NCBI RefSeq assembly: GCF_009834535.1
Contig: NC_045697.1
Location: forward strand, 109,432,001-109,496,000
Reading direction: 5' to 3'
DNA length: 64,000 bases
Origin: Camelus ferus
Taxonomy: Eukaryota
A program made the position numbers and the translations under genes. Below, one piece after another: positions 12,101-24,154 of the stretch. Position 1 is the stretch's first letter, and each line of letters starts with the position of its first letter. The notes beneath the pieces are model-generated. The model saw nothing but the letters and a program-made list of their open reading frames with translations. It was not told the origin of the DNA and ran no database searches.

Positions 12101-12896
12101 CAATGGCTTTCAAGCCTTTTGACAGTGACTCACAGTAAAAGATACATTTTACATCACCATTGCTTGCGCACCCAAAGGCAACCTGTGTGGATGTGTGAAT
12201 ATGTCCCTGTATGCTTATTTATTTATGTATAAAATAGTGCTTACTTTTGCTACCTGTGGTGTCCTCTGTTTTCTATTTCATTTTTTTTTACTGTGGCAAA
12301 ATACATATATTTACCATTTTAGCCATTTTTAAGTGTAGAGTTCTGTATATTAGGTAAATTCACATTGTGCAACCATCACGACCATCTGTCCATGGAACTT
12401 GTTTTGTTTGTTTTTATGTGTGTATTTTTTTTTCCTTTTTCAGTTTTAATAGGTAGAATGATTACAGTTTGCACACATATACATTATGTTGCATGTAAAT
12501 ACATATATACAGTGTACTGCATTTTTTTTTTAGTTTATATGTATGTACATTGTTTCTAAGAACAGATTAGAGCTTTGGCTTTTTAAATTTATATAGTTAT
12601 CAAAGGAGTAAAGCCAACCACAAAATAAGAATCAACAGAATGCAGTAATCTAATATTAAAGGACAGTCAAATATGCTTATGCATATTCAAGAAATCAGTC
12701 ATCTAAGTTATAAATAATAAGTAGTTCATTTGTTTTTAAGTGTAGAGTTCTGTGGTATTAAATAAATTCACATTGTTTGTAACCATCATGACCATCTGTC
12801 CAGGGAACTTTTTTATTTCATTCAAAAAATGCTAGTTGCTACGGCTGAGTTGATTTCAAAACTCCTTAATCATGATTCACAGTTTGGTCAGCCCTG
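12101..12896. mobile_element. hAT-Charlie MITE (Charlie4-like) split by a nested L1MB-type tail and an orphan insert
   Basis: Left arm ggctttcaagccttttgacagtgactcacagtaaaagatacattttacatc; right arm aaaatgctagttgc...gatttca...cacagtttgg; nested L1 tail from about 12280. Confidence 0.55.
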
Positions 12897-13294
12897 ATTT
12901 ATATGTTTTAATCTTCTCAGAATCAACTATTCCAGCATTTTGCTGTGTTTTATCCCTAGTTGCTTTCCTTTTAGCTGGACTTCCAAGCCTCTTGGTTGCT
13001 TTTGGGTTTTTTTGTTTGTTTGTTTTCAGTTGAGATTTTTTTTCCTCTTGTGTGACAGCAAGTTCATGATGCAGGTTGGATGTTGAAAACCTTCTAGAAC
13101 ACCTTCGTGTCCATTTCCGTAGCTTCTTGTGTTCTCTCTGTGAATTCTAAATCTGATGTCCTTTGATGGGTAAAGTAATCACCAGAGTTCTTACTATTTA
13201 TTTACCTTCTACTGCACAGAAGGGATTTTTTTAAGAAGATGAAAGTTTTAATACTTTCAAAACTCATATAATCTCTTGTGACTTTTAAATTAAA

Positions 13295-14510
13295 CCTTTT
13301 GCTTTTAGGATACATGGAAAAGCTGTAAAGATCGTGCAGAGAGTTTACCCTAATGTCAGCGTCTTATGTTACTGGGGTACATTTGTCACAGCTGAGAAAC
13401 CAGCACGGGTTCTTTACCATGAACGAAACTCCATTCTTTATCTGGATTTTCCTGGTTTCCCCCTAATGTTCTCTGTCCCAGGGTCCTACCCAGGACATCA
13501 TATTCCTTTTAGTTGTCACATCTTAAGATCCTCTGGGTTGTGACAGTCAGACGTCCCTGACTTTCGAAACCTTGGCTGTTTTGAAGTTCTGGTCAGGTGT
13601 TTTGTAAAGTGTCCATCCATGTGGAGTGGTCTGAGGTTTTTCCTCATGCTTCTGTTACCGAGTCCAAAGTCGTTCTGCTTGCTGCACGACAGGCCAGTAA
13701 CTCGGTAGACAAAGTGTTGGGGCAAGGAATAATGACTTTATTTGGAAAACCCGCCAACCTAGAAGATGGCCGACTACCGTCCTGGAGAACGATCTTCCCC
13801 AAATCTGAATTCAGGCTCTTTTTTTCCTAAAAAGGGGAGGGGGTGTGCTTGGTTGTTGCAGACTTCCTGGTGTAGGAATCCTTTGTTCTTGGAATCCTTT
13901 GTTCTTGCAGCTGTCCACGTGGGTCAGATCATGGTGTCCCTGTAAAACCTCCAACAAAACAAACTTTTCCTATTCTGCAACTTGTTATCTCTATACGAAT
14001 GCGAAGGTGTTATGCCCTTAAAGGTCAGAGTCTTGAGAATGGGCTCTCCTGTATATTTCAGGCTGTAGGCAACTTTCTGCAGAAGGTTCAGAGCCAGCAG
14101 AACTAAGCCTAGGAAACAGAGCACAGGGTTAAAGCCAAAGGAACGGCTCTAATGTGGAGTCAGATTTGTTCTTTTCTGTTACTGTCTGGTTGAGTTTATG
14201 GGCTTTGGGGAGGAGGAACATTCCCATCCTAGTCAAGGGTACCGCTGTCAGCGTGACTTAGCACTTGACATTGACCTTGGCCACCTGGTGGAGGTGCTGC
14301 TGGTCAGCTCTTTCCACTGTAAAGTGACTTTTTTCTTAAACCTCTTTCTTCAGAGGCGAGTCATTAAGTGGAATTACACTCCACCTCCATGAATTATTTA
14401 GAATTCTTCTGTGTGGGAGATTTGTCTCTTCTCTCCCATCCATCGATTTACTCAGTCATTTATTTATGGCGCGGGTATTCATTTTCTACTCTGGGCTGTG
14501 ATCAGTCCTA
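13295..14510 (-). mobile_element. Old L1MC-type 3' end interrupted by a solo LTR
   Basis: ggtacatttgtcacagctgagaaacc...ttttagttgtcac and ttgaccttggccacctggtggaggt...tttccactgtaaagt lie on either side of the LTR. Confidence 0.7.
13653..14183 (-). mobile_element. Solo ERV LTR (probably ERV1, MER41-like)
   Basis: About 530 bp starting tgttaccgag and ending ctgttac; AATAAA on the minus strand (tttatt at about 13737); cleanly interrupts the L1MC. No clear TSD. Confidence 0.7.
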
Positions 14511-14714
14511 GGTTTGCCCTGCTCTTTTCATGCCATTTTCCCTTAACTTGATTTATGAAGTTGTTGGTATCTCTTCACACGTTTTTCAAATGCTTTTCGG
14601 ATTGTCATTTTAATCACTCCCCTGCTGCGCTAACTTTAGTGAGATTAAGATGAACTTGAAGCAGGTGGGAAGGGTTAAATTGGAAACTGGAAAATTGCAC
14701 CTCTTGGGGAGTGA

Positions 14715-14775
14715 TAAAAAGAAAAAGAAAAAAAGAAAAGAAAAAGAAAGGAAAGAAAAAAAAAAAGGAAAAATG
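14715..14775 (+). repeat. A/G-rich low-complexity tract
   Basis: (A4-6G)n run. Confidence 0.85.
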
Positions 14776-16283
14776 AACTTGACTTCAGTAGAACCAGCAT
14801 GTGTGAATCCCACAAAATGAGCGGGTCTCTGAGAGAACCCATATAGGAGAGCGGCTCCTGACTTGGATTCAAGAGAGCAATCTGACCATAAAAGAGAGTC
14901 TCAGGACGTCCCGGGGAAAGTGTAGGCGGCACTGACATGTCGCTGGAGAGTCTAGACCGTGAAGGGGGCTCTGTGTTTCACTCCCAGGCTGCCCATGGTG
15001 GGACCAGAACCAGACCACTGCTGACTGGGGAGCCGGCGCAGGGCACCAGAGCTGCTTGCCTGTAATCTCAAAGTTCGGGAAAGCTTTTAGGGTCATTGGC
15101 CTCATTGAAGATTTTGTTTATATTATCTTGACTTCATCTTCCGTGCATGCTATTTAATTGTTCTTGGTTGAAAGCCAAAGAAGCAATATTTGAAAAATGT
15201 CTTCCCTCTCTCTGGTCCAATCCCCCTTTTTCTCTGGGGTGTTCTCGGATATCCACAGTCATCTGTTCCTCCGCTGAGAAAGAAAGAGTGCTGCTGTGAA
15301 TTCAGGGGGAGAGCGGAGGGGAGCGAGAATCGACTGCTCTCCGGGAAGCAGGTCCAGCTCTCCCATACGCCTTTGTGGAGTGTATTTGTTAGAAGGTGAA
15401 AAGTTTCAGCATTGGCCAAGTATGAATAGTATATTATGTCAACTTTTGAAATGATCATGTTAAATCACAAATACTGACTGGCTGGGGCTAGCTAAGTTGC
15501 TGTGGAAGGCCCCTTTCTGAAAAAATGTGCTTTTATCTGGTTGGAAGCAGCAGCAACATGTGTTCTCCTGAAACCGTTTACAGCCGTTAGAGGCCATCAG
15601 AAGAGTCAGAACACGAAGGAAATCTCATTAACCTTTCAGCAGCGTACTGAAAGATGTAATTGCAGACAAAAACGACTTAATCTTCAGGGAAGCTTCCTTT
15701 TGGCGATGAAGGGATCTCAGAGCCCCTCAGGGAACAGAACTCCTCTCCACTTTTCTTTGTTTTCCTTCAGAAATTGGAAACTGTGTTTTTAGCACAACCC
15801 TCAAGTTCCTTCCCTGTTGATAGGATCATGCATCTTAAACCTGAAGTTGGCTCCCCAGACTCCGTCCTGATCCTGAATGCCCTCTCTTCCCCTCGGTCAT
15901 GTCCCTGGGCGATCATGCCTGCTCTCTGGGCTTTTTATGGAGAGAAGGAACTTGAACTCAGTGGTACCTGCTGCCCAGGGGCCTCACCTGTGCACTTGCC
16001 TACAGAGCTCGCCTCAGTGTGTCCTGCATGCAGCTCTGGGCTCAGTCTGCTGCAGCCCCTCCCCCACGCTGCTCCTCCAGCGTGGCCCCTTCCTCTCTAG
16101 CTGACCTTGAACTCCTTTGCTGGAAGTCAGGAAGCCCCTCGCCTCCTCTCATACTCCCCGTCCCCAGTGGCTCACCAGGTCTGGCAGCATCTTCTTCAGA
16201 TGGTCTCCTGCCTGGGTTTTACAGCTGCCACAGCCTGTTCTCCGCGTTCCTACCCAAGTGACGCATCTCAGACGTCCATCCTT

Positions 16284-16408
16284 GGGGGAGGGTCTCGCTC
16301 AGTGGTAGAGTGCATGCTTAGCATGCACTAAGTCCTGGGTCCAATCCCCAGGACCTCCATTAAAATAAATAAATAAGTAAATAAACCCATTTACCCCCCC
16401 CAAAAAAA
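16284..16408 (+). mobile_element. tRNA-Ala-derived camelid SINE (Vic-1-like)
   Basis: ggggagggtctcgctcagtggtagagtgcatgcttagcatgcac..., (AAAT)n linker and A tail; catccttg on both flanks. Confidence 0.92.
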
Positions 16409-17345
16409 GATACATCCTTGCCTGTTATTCCTCTGACAAGCAGCCTTTTGTGGACCCCCTTACCTTCTGGATAAAGTGCACGGCACAAAGGCCTTTTGTG
16501 ATGGAGGTGCTGCTCACCGGCCTTCCTCCCCCTGCTTCTCACTTCCCCTCATTCTCACAGCCTCTCTCTCTCCCTCTCTCCCTCTCTGCTGCCCAGACAC
16601 TCTTCTCTCCCCTGGCAGACCCCTCACCCTGATCCATCCGTCTTGCTCCATGTGCATTGTGGGCTTCTCCCAGCCAGGCGCGTACCCCTCTGTGTACAGT
16701 CGCCTTTCTCAGGGGACCTGTCCGCGTCTCAGTCCACTGATTCCCCAGCATCTAACCTACTACCTCACCCCTTGGAGAGGAGCTGAGTATAGGGGTGCCC
16801 CCCTCCTACTTTTAACGTTTCTTTGACGTTGATTGCTTGTCGTGCTTCACCTGCTCTTCATATCCAAGTGCACAGACTGTGTTTGCCCTTGAAACCACAG
16901 TACTGGTATGAGTATTAGGGGCTGGTGGCTTTTAAATTGGGTTATTGCAGTCGGTGTGTTTTTAAAGAGACTGGGTTCTGAGCTCTCTCCCTCGTGCCCC
17001 GTGGTACCTTCTACAGGTTTGTATGGTCTCAGGAAAGTTGTAGAGTGAACAGATTGAGTCGTGGTCTTTGTGGTCATGAGAGTATAAAGTGACTTCCCTT
17101 TGACCGTAATAAACTTCATAATTTAGATGTTGTCCTTTGAATATAGGCTTTAAACAGGGTTCTTGGTATGTATTGAGTTTGTTAAGCCATGAACTCCTTT
17201 TTGGGTTTTCTTAGGTTGTGAAATTTTTAGCAGAGCTTTTGACACTTCTATAATGATGTAGCCCTCAAATGAAATCAATTAGAAAATTAATATAATCGGA
17301 TCAGAATCCTAATTCTGATTTTCATTGAAGTTTTTACTTCTACCA

Positions 17346-17372
17346 GAGATAGATAGATAGATAGATAGATAT
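17346..17372 (+). repeat. (GATA)n microsatellite
   Basis: About six GATA units. Confidence 0.9.
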
Positions 17373-17994
17373 ATTTTTACACACTCTGGAGTGATGAGGG
17401 TTGTGCTAATTTGTATCTTTATGTTGAAAAGGATGTTTGAACCAAGTTTAATAATTCCAGGTATATTTTGAAGGGTTAATTTAGAATAAGGACAGGCAAA
17501 ACACTTCATTAATGTTGGTATTACTGAAACAAAAAAGTGGAATTGAAGTCTGGAGAGCTTGGGTGTGTTCCGTAGATGTGGCGGTCTAGCATCAGGACCT
17601 GTGGGTTCATGACGTTAGACTAGGGGTGCCTTTAGGGGAAGTGGCTTAGCTAACCCTGAAAGTCTGACCCTCATTGGCTTCCTTCCCCTTGCCGCTCAGT
17701 GGCCTGACTATTTATTACTACTTGTCATAATATTTAATGGTGGAGTAACTGGAATCCATGCAGTCTGGTGGGCGTTCCAAGCAAAGAGCAAGGCAGATTC
17801 AACAGCCCAGGAAGAATTCCCCATGGAAATTACACATGGTTAAAAAGCATTAAAAAAAAGATTTGAGAAGCTTCATTTTAGACAGGAGTGAAGGTATGGC
17901 TCTGAGCAAGACATACTTGGGTGTTTTGCCATTGGGAACCCAACTTACGTCTTAAGAGATGAGCTGACATTTTGGTCATTTGGCGCTGCTTCTA

Positions 17995-18092
17995 CCCCCC
18001 ACCCCCCCGCAACAGAGGCCCAGGGGACTGAACCCAGGACTTTGTGCACACCAAGCACGTGCTCTACCCCTGAGCTGTACAACCTTCCCCCC
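17995..18092 (-). mobile_element. Diverged tRNA-derived SINE
   Basis: ggggactgaacccaggactttgtgcacaccaagcacgtgctctacccctgagct. Confidence 0.8.
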
Positions 18093-19469
18093 AGTTTTGG
18101 GCTGCCTTTATGCAGCAAGCATTGCTCTTTGGGTTACTGTTTGCTCCCCTTGCCATGGTGGGCCAGTGAGAAATAAAGATACTCGAGATGGCTCGCAGTA
18201 TATTGGCAGCAGTATTGATTAGTTCTGTAAAGGTGTCCCAGACATATTGTGACACCAAGCTGCTTATCCTTAAGAAGGTGTCAGAGTCTGGGATTTCCAG
18301 GTTTAAAGGAGAAATAGAATTTCCCAGGGCAGTGTTCTCTGTCTAGGAACACCAATAATAAGATAATGGGGTCTCCTAGGAGCTTGTTAATCTAGTTTTA
18401 AACAAATTGTCATCAAATTATTAGTTTGTTGTTAAAGTCTTCCACATCTGAAATAGGACTCCAGAGTGATAGTGACACCCCCCCCCCCCCGCCCCACATT
18501 GCCACTTTCCAAGTAATTACTATGGTAGTTTGGCCAGTATTTCACAGACTTCGTGCTCAATAAAGATGTTTTTGGAACCATTGTTTTAGGGTTTGCCATT
18601 TCATCTAATTTATAAATGATGCAAGAAGTCTTGTGTGCTTATTGTAGTCTTTCCTAGTGTTTCCCCGCATAACAGTGGGGATGTAGTTTTGAAAAGTGCT
18701 CTGAGCATAAAAATTCTGTGAAATCAAAAAAAAAAAAAAGCATTTATTGAGAATTTGCAGTCATTTAAAAGTTACTCACTGGTGATTCCTTGTTTTTTTT
18801 CCCTTCTCCCAAAATCTTTTAATAAAATGTATGTTTCAGGAAAATGGCCATATTTGCCTGCTGGCATTATTCCCTCTACCATATGGATACTTAGCCCAGG
18901 TGGGGAAGCCTGGGTTTAGTGCCGTACCTGCTTCCCCTTACACCCCGACTCCAGTTCCTGTTGTTTCTACCCAGTTTGTTCCAGCAAACATGGCTCTGAA
19001 TGGCATGTGGCTCTTGAGCTAAAACCAAACTTCCCCAGTAGTAAAGCTGATTTGTCAGCTGTGGAATGTCCAAAGGAGCCCACTGCTGCATCTGAAGGTA
19101 GTGCCCAGAGAATAGCTTCTGTGAAAGGGAAGACGCAGCGTGTGGCCTCCCGAGGTGACCGCTGTGGAAATGTACATAGCAACTGTGTCACGTGGACGCC
19201 GCCTTGTATGACGGTGACTTTCCGGGCTGTGCGACCTACCTGCGGGTGTTGGTTCCTGTAACTGTCACTCAGTTATTGGTAATAGGTGAAGTCCTGTTTG
19301 AATAACAGTCCAACAGTGTTCCAGTTGACAGTTGCAGCAGATGCACGTATTAGGAATTTTTGGTGAAGTAATTCTGCTGGGATTATGATTAATCTTTATC
19401 TCTTAAAGTCAGGCCATGTTCATCCAGTTAATACATTCAGAGTTGGATTTAAATCATTGCCTAGGACTT

Positions 19470-19660
19470 TATGGTTTATAGAGTGCTTTTCACACGTGCA
19501 TTTTTCTTAGGAAACCGGCATGTATGTACTGGTATTCCCGTTTTGTAGCTGAGGAACAAGTTGCTAAAGGCAAAGCAGTTTAAGATCACAGAGCTACGTG
19601 GTGGCAGAACAGGCCAGCCAGCTGGGGTGTCCTCTTCCCAGATCCACTGGTCCACCTTGT
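19470..19660 (-). mobile_element. MIR SINE
   Basis: attcccgttttgtagctgaggaac...aagatcacagagctacgtggtggcaga. Confidence 0.65.
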
Positions 19661-20077
19661 ATCTATAGTGAAGTAGGTTAGAAAACCATTTTCCCAGTTA
19701 GGTATACCCCATACCTGCTCTCCACAGAAGGAAGGTAAGTCTAAGATTGATGTGTGAAAGCAGGTGAATTCTCTAGGAAGCTTTAGCAGCTGGGGTTCCT
19801 AGCAAACCCCTGGGAAAAGTGAGCATGGCTCTTGTAAGGCAGACCCCGAGCCGGGTCTTCAGAACCCTTCACTGTGCGCTGGATGGTTTGCTTCTTCAGT
19901 TTCACACGATTTCTAAGTGTTCCTCCACTGTCAGCTGCATGGCTTTTGGAATCATTGGGAAAGTTTACCTCTGGGATTTTAGGGTGACAATTTGGAACAC
20001 CTGCCACTGCAGCGCCCGCCGAGAGGTTGCCCTGTGTCCTCGGATGGACGTGCTATCCGGTGAGCTGGCTTTACTTT

Positions 20078-20500
20078 GTGATTAGATATTTTCAGCTTCA
20101 AGTAACAGAGAGCCCTGACTCAACCAGCTCAAATAATAAAGAATGTATTATGTCACTTAACAAGAAGCCCGGAGGCAGGGTGGTGCTGGGTTGGTTTACT
20201 GAGCAGGTGAGCCCAGCCAGGCAGCCGGGCTCTTCCCACCTGTCTGTGCTGTGGGCCCCTGTTCGGCCCAGCAGCCCCCGCCACCCAGCTTGCGGGAGGC
20301 CTGCGGGCCTTGCAGGGCTTCCCACGTGAACATCGTGATCAGGTTACAAGAGCCTTGGTCCTGTGCCTTTCTCAGGGGCACCCCTCGGCGAACTTCCCTT
20401 TACACCTCACAGGTCAAAATGGGTCTGTACCTACTCACCCTGCACCCTCCCCAGCCTAGGGAGTGGTGGGACCGCTGGGATCAGCCTTGGGGTCAGTCAC
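20078..20500 (-). mobile_element. Ancient ERVL/MaLR LTR (LTR33/MLT1K-like)
   Basis: tgtgattagatattttcagcttcaagtaacagagagccctgactcaaccagctcaaataataaag is a typical terminus. Confidence 0.55.
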
Positions 20501-20600
20501 GGGGAATGGTGCACCCCGAGCTGCCGTAGGGGAGGGGCTGGGTGGGAGAGGGTCATTGCAGTCCCTGTCACTTGTGCCCAGCAAGGAAGGGAAGAGCCAG

Positions 20601-20781
20601 GCAGCGTTTCTCAAAGTCTCGTCCTGGAACCGACAGAATCAGCAGCGCCTGGGAACCTGTCGGGCCCGTTCCCAGACCCCACCCCAGGCCTGCTGAATCA
20701 GAGGCTCCCGGGTGGGGCCTGCGAGCTGTTTGAACAAGCCTTCCAAGTGATTGTGATGCAGCCCAGGGCCGAGAACCACAG
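20601..20781. mobile_element. MER5A (hAT-Charlie)
   Basis: cagcgtttctcaaagt...gctgaatcagag...aacaagccttccaagtgattgtgatgca...gagaaccacag. Confidence 0.8.
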
Positions 20782-21766
20782 GTCCCGGCCAAGGCATCTA
20801 AGGAAGCACTTTCTGAAATATGCTTTTGGTTGAAGCAGAAGTGGACTTGCAGATGAAACAGTGGGTGCGAGTGGGGAGACCTGGCTGTCCTGCAGCACCG
20901 GCCCCCCATCACCACCTGGGGTTTTAGCAAACCCAGATACCCATGTCCCTCTCGGTGATCAGGCTTCAGCCAGCCGACCCAGTTTTCCTAACAGAGTTCT
21001 GTCGTGGTTATGGGGTTGGGAATAGGTTCCAGGGTGAGCCTGACTGTCCCTCACCCCCCGCCGGTTGAGGTCCATCCGGCCCTGGCAGGCCTGGTCAACA
21101 GGTGGGTGAGGCAGTCCAGGGCGGCTTCCAGAGAGAACTGAGGAACTTTCTCAGGGATAATCCATTCATTATAAGGGAAGTGAATCTGGCAGAAAACCTT
21201 GGCCCCAAAACAGAAAGTCTCAGTTATGGGATGGGAGTGGCCATTCACAGTACTGGGCGGTGTGTATGTGCTCAGATCTGCTTCTTGGCCCAGCTCCCTG
21301 TGGGCACGTGGCTGTATGTGTGTGTGTGAGAGAGAGTGTGTGAGCCTGTAAGGGGGCTTGCTAGGACATGAGAAGCATATTACTTAAGTAAAAACTGAAA
21401 GAAGTGTTCTAAAAATGCTGTGAGAAAGTGGGGGGTGGGCAGAAGCAGCACAGGCCCCACCCACACCGCAGGACCTTGCACATCCAGCCCGATTCCCCCA
21501 CCCCACCCCGTCTCCCGGCTGGGATGCTGGCTGGAGGAGCAGGGATGGTACCCAGGGGCAGGGCAGGGCTGGACGGAAGGGACATGGTTGAGACCAGGGC
21601 CTTGGGTGGCTGAGCCTGTCCTGAGACCCCTTGGGGGAGGGAGGCCCCCCCAGGCAAAGCACAGGCTGGGGGTTCCCTGCGCTCTTTGTGGTGCAGTGGG
21701 AGCCGTTGGCAGCTGAAGGGGCCAGAGTGGGGAGGGCTGGAGGAAGAAGCCCAAGTTCAGGTGTGC

Positions 21767-22207
21767 TGCCTTAGTTTCCTGGGGCTGCCATAACAAAGTA
21801 CCGCAAACTGGGTTGCTTCAAACAACACAAGTTTATTCTCTCTCAGTTCTGGGGGCTGGGAATCTGAAAGCGAGGTGTTGGCAGGGCCACACTCCTTCTG
21901 AACCATGTAAGGGGGCTCCCTCCTTGCCTCTCCTTAGCTTCTGCGGACTTGCCAGTGACCTTCAAGATCCTTGGCTTGCAACCGCATCCCTCCAGGCTCT
22001 GCCTCTGACATCACACACGGGTCTCCTTGTGTGTCTCCGTGTTTTCACATGGCTGTCTCCTTAGAACGGGCCCACCCTACCCCATAAGGCCTGATCTCAA
22101 CTAATGACGTCTGCGACCACCCTGTTTCCAAGTAAGGTCGCGTTCTGAGGTCCCGCGGGTTAGGACCACAGCATGTCATCATCGGGCACACAATGCAAGC
22201 TGCTACA
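21767..22207 (-). mobile_element. MLT1C-like MaLR solo LTR
   Basis: ttagtttcctggggctgccataacaaagtaccgcaaactggg...ctgtttccaagtaaggtcgcgttctgagg...aca. Confidence 0.85.
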
Positions 22208-24154
22208 AATGGAGACTCGCTCCTGAGCCCTCCTGAGGGTCACCTCACCTCCTTTCCCTGTGCCCTCCCCCAACTCTGGGGCTCCTAGGAAACACCTTTG
22301 GTACTGAGCTGGTGCCCTGTGAAGCCACTGGCTGGGACTGTCATTCTTTGAGCTGCATTTCCAGGACTCCAGGGGCCGCAGCAGGCCCCACGGGTTTTCT
22401 TTACCAACTCATTGAACCTGGCCTTTTGGTGGAATGGGTTTTATTTCTAAATTATGTCTTTGTGTATCTGCAAGAGCACATCCAAGGGAGTTCTTTATTT
22501 TATTTACACAAAATTGTGGGCGCTAGAGACAAGAAATTTTTTTGTGGGTTTTTTTTTTGTTTGTTTTGTTTTTCCTTCTGGGAAGATTGAAGAATATTTC
22601 AGTATATACTGAGGCTTAGCAAATAGGCAAAACCTTGAAATCAAACCACAGTCCTTTGATTCGTATTCAGAAAAATACAACCACTGAAGCTGCCGCCGGG
22701 CTGCGTGTGTTGTGTTGGGTCTGCGTGTGGAAGTATCTGAAACTGGTTTTATTCCAGTTTAAACCCAGCAAATGAAGCGGCGTGGGTTGACTCGCATGCT
22801 GCAGCCGATCCCTGAGAGCCGTTTATTGGTTTGGAGGGAGAATCCTTCTGTTGCTTCCTGGAAATGCTCGAATCACGAAAATGAGTCTCCTTCTGCTTCC
22901 GTGTGCTTTAGCTGCCATGATCTGGGTGTGTTAATAGCGCTCACGGAAGGAATAGCTGCTGTTACTGTGAATGTTAATACTTTATCTCTCCGTCTACTTT
23001 GAGGATAAATGTCACATCCAAATTGCCTGTTAGTTTGACTTTCGTGTAACTTAATTAGCAGATTTCATGTTTGGGGAAAATCTGATCTGTGATCTTGAAA
23101 TTGGTTACCGTTGGCGTAATTCGTGGGCAATTAGGCGCCTTCGCAGTGACGACTCTGGTCATTAGAGGGCTGGGGTAATTTGAGGTTGAAATGTGAGAGT
23201 GAGGTGGAGAAAGCCCTTGCACGCTAGTCCTTAATCTTATAATCCATTTAACCTGGGTTGTAAATTCAGGTTTCGTTTTAATTTGGAAGTGTGTTTAGGT
23301 AGTTGGGAAGGGGTTTCATTAATTGACCACATTTAGACCATAATTAAGGGAGGAAGGTACTTCCCAATTGCCTAAGCTTCTTAAAGTTACCGTGGATACA
23401 GTAAGGGTCCATTAAAGTCGTGTTGCTCCCCATTGGAAACTGAATTCCAGATGGAAAAAATGAGCCGAAAACCAAAGCACACAAGCACAACCAAGACAAA
23501 ACGCAGTTCAGAGATGTGTCGTGGGCACTGTTTTGGAGAGTTCAGAAACATATTCGTGGCATGTGGAGCTGGGTTCATGGACGCTCAGATACCAGGTGAC
23601 CTGGTCTCTTGCTGAGTTTAAGGACCGTCTCTCACTTAAACGCACGCTATTTACATTTTCTTTTTATTTCTGCTTTTGAATTGGGGATAAAAAGGGAAAC
23701 TGGAGAAGGAGAGAGATGCTTCAGGAGACCTGCACACCTGGGATATTAACTAATAAAAGGAGAGAAGGGGGAGGTAAGTGGAATAGGATACTGGGATGAG
23801 GGAAAAAACATCTAGAGAGTTTGGACTGTGTTTTTTCTCTATGCCCCCTTCCCTTTGGGATTTTGATCAGGTAGGTGGTAATTATAGGTGTTGATCATAT
23901 GAAATTAAATCTCAGTCTTCTGTATTGTTTTCTTAGTGAACCATGTCAGTTTTCTGTCTCTCTCTAAAATCATTCAGATGGTTAGTAAAAATCACTCTTA
24001 CTCCTTTAAGTCTGTTTCGGGACAACTTTATTTTGTCACATTAGTCGTTTTCTTCCAGTTTGTATGGTTTGTGCATTTATTATTTTTTAAACATACTGAA
24101 AACCCTCCATATATATTTAATATAGTTATTCTCTGTATTGCCTTTTAAGTAATA

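Noticed and set aside
16284..16358. tRNA-Ala(AGC)-like sequences, here and in about nine other copies
   Set aside because: They carry SINE tails, TSDs and stem-breaking mismatches, so they are retroposed SINEs rather than tRNA genes.
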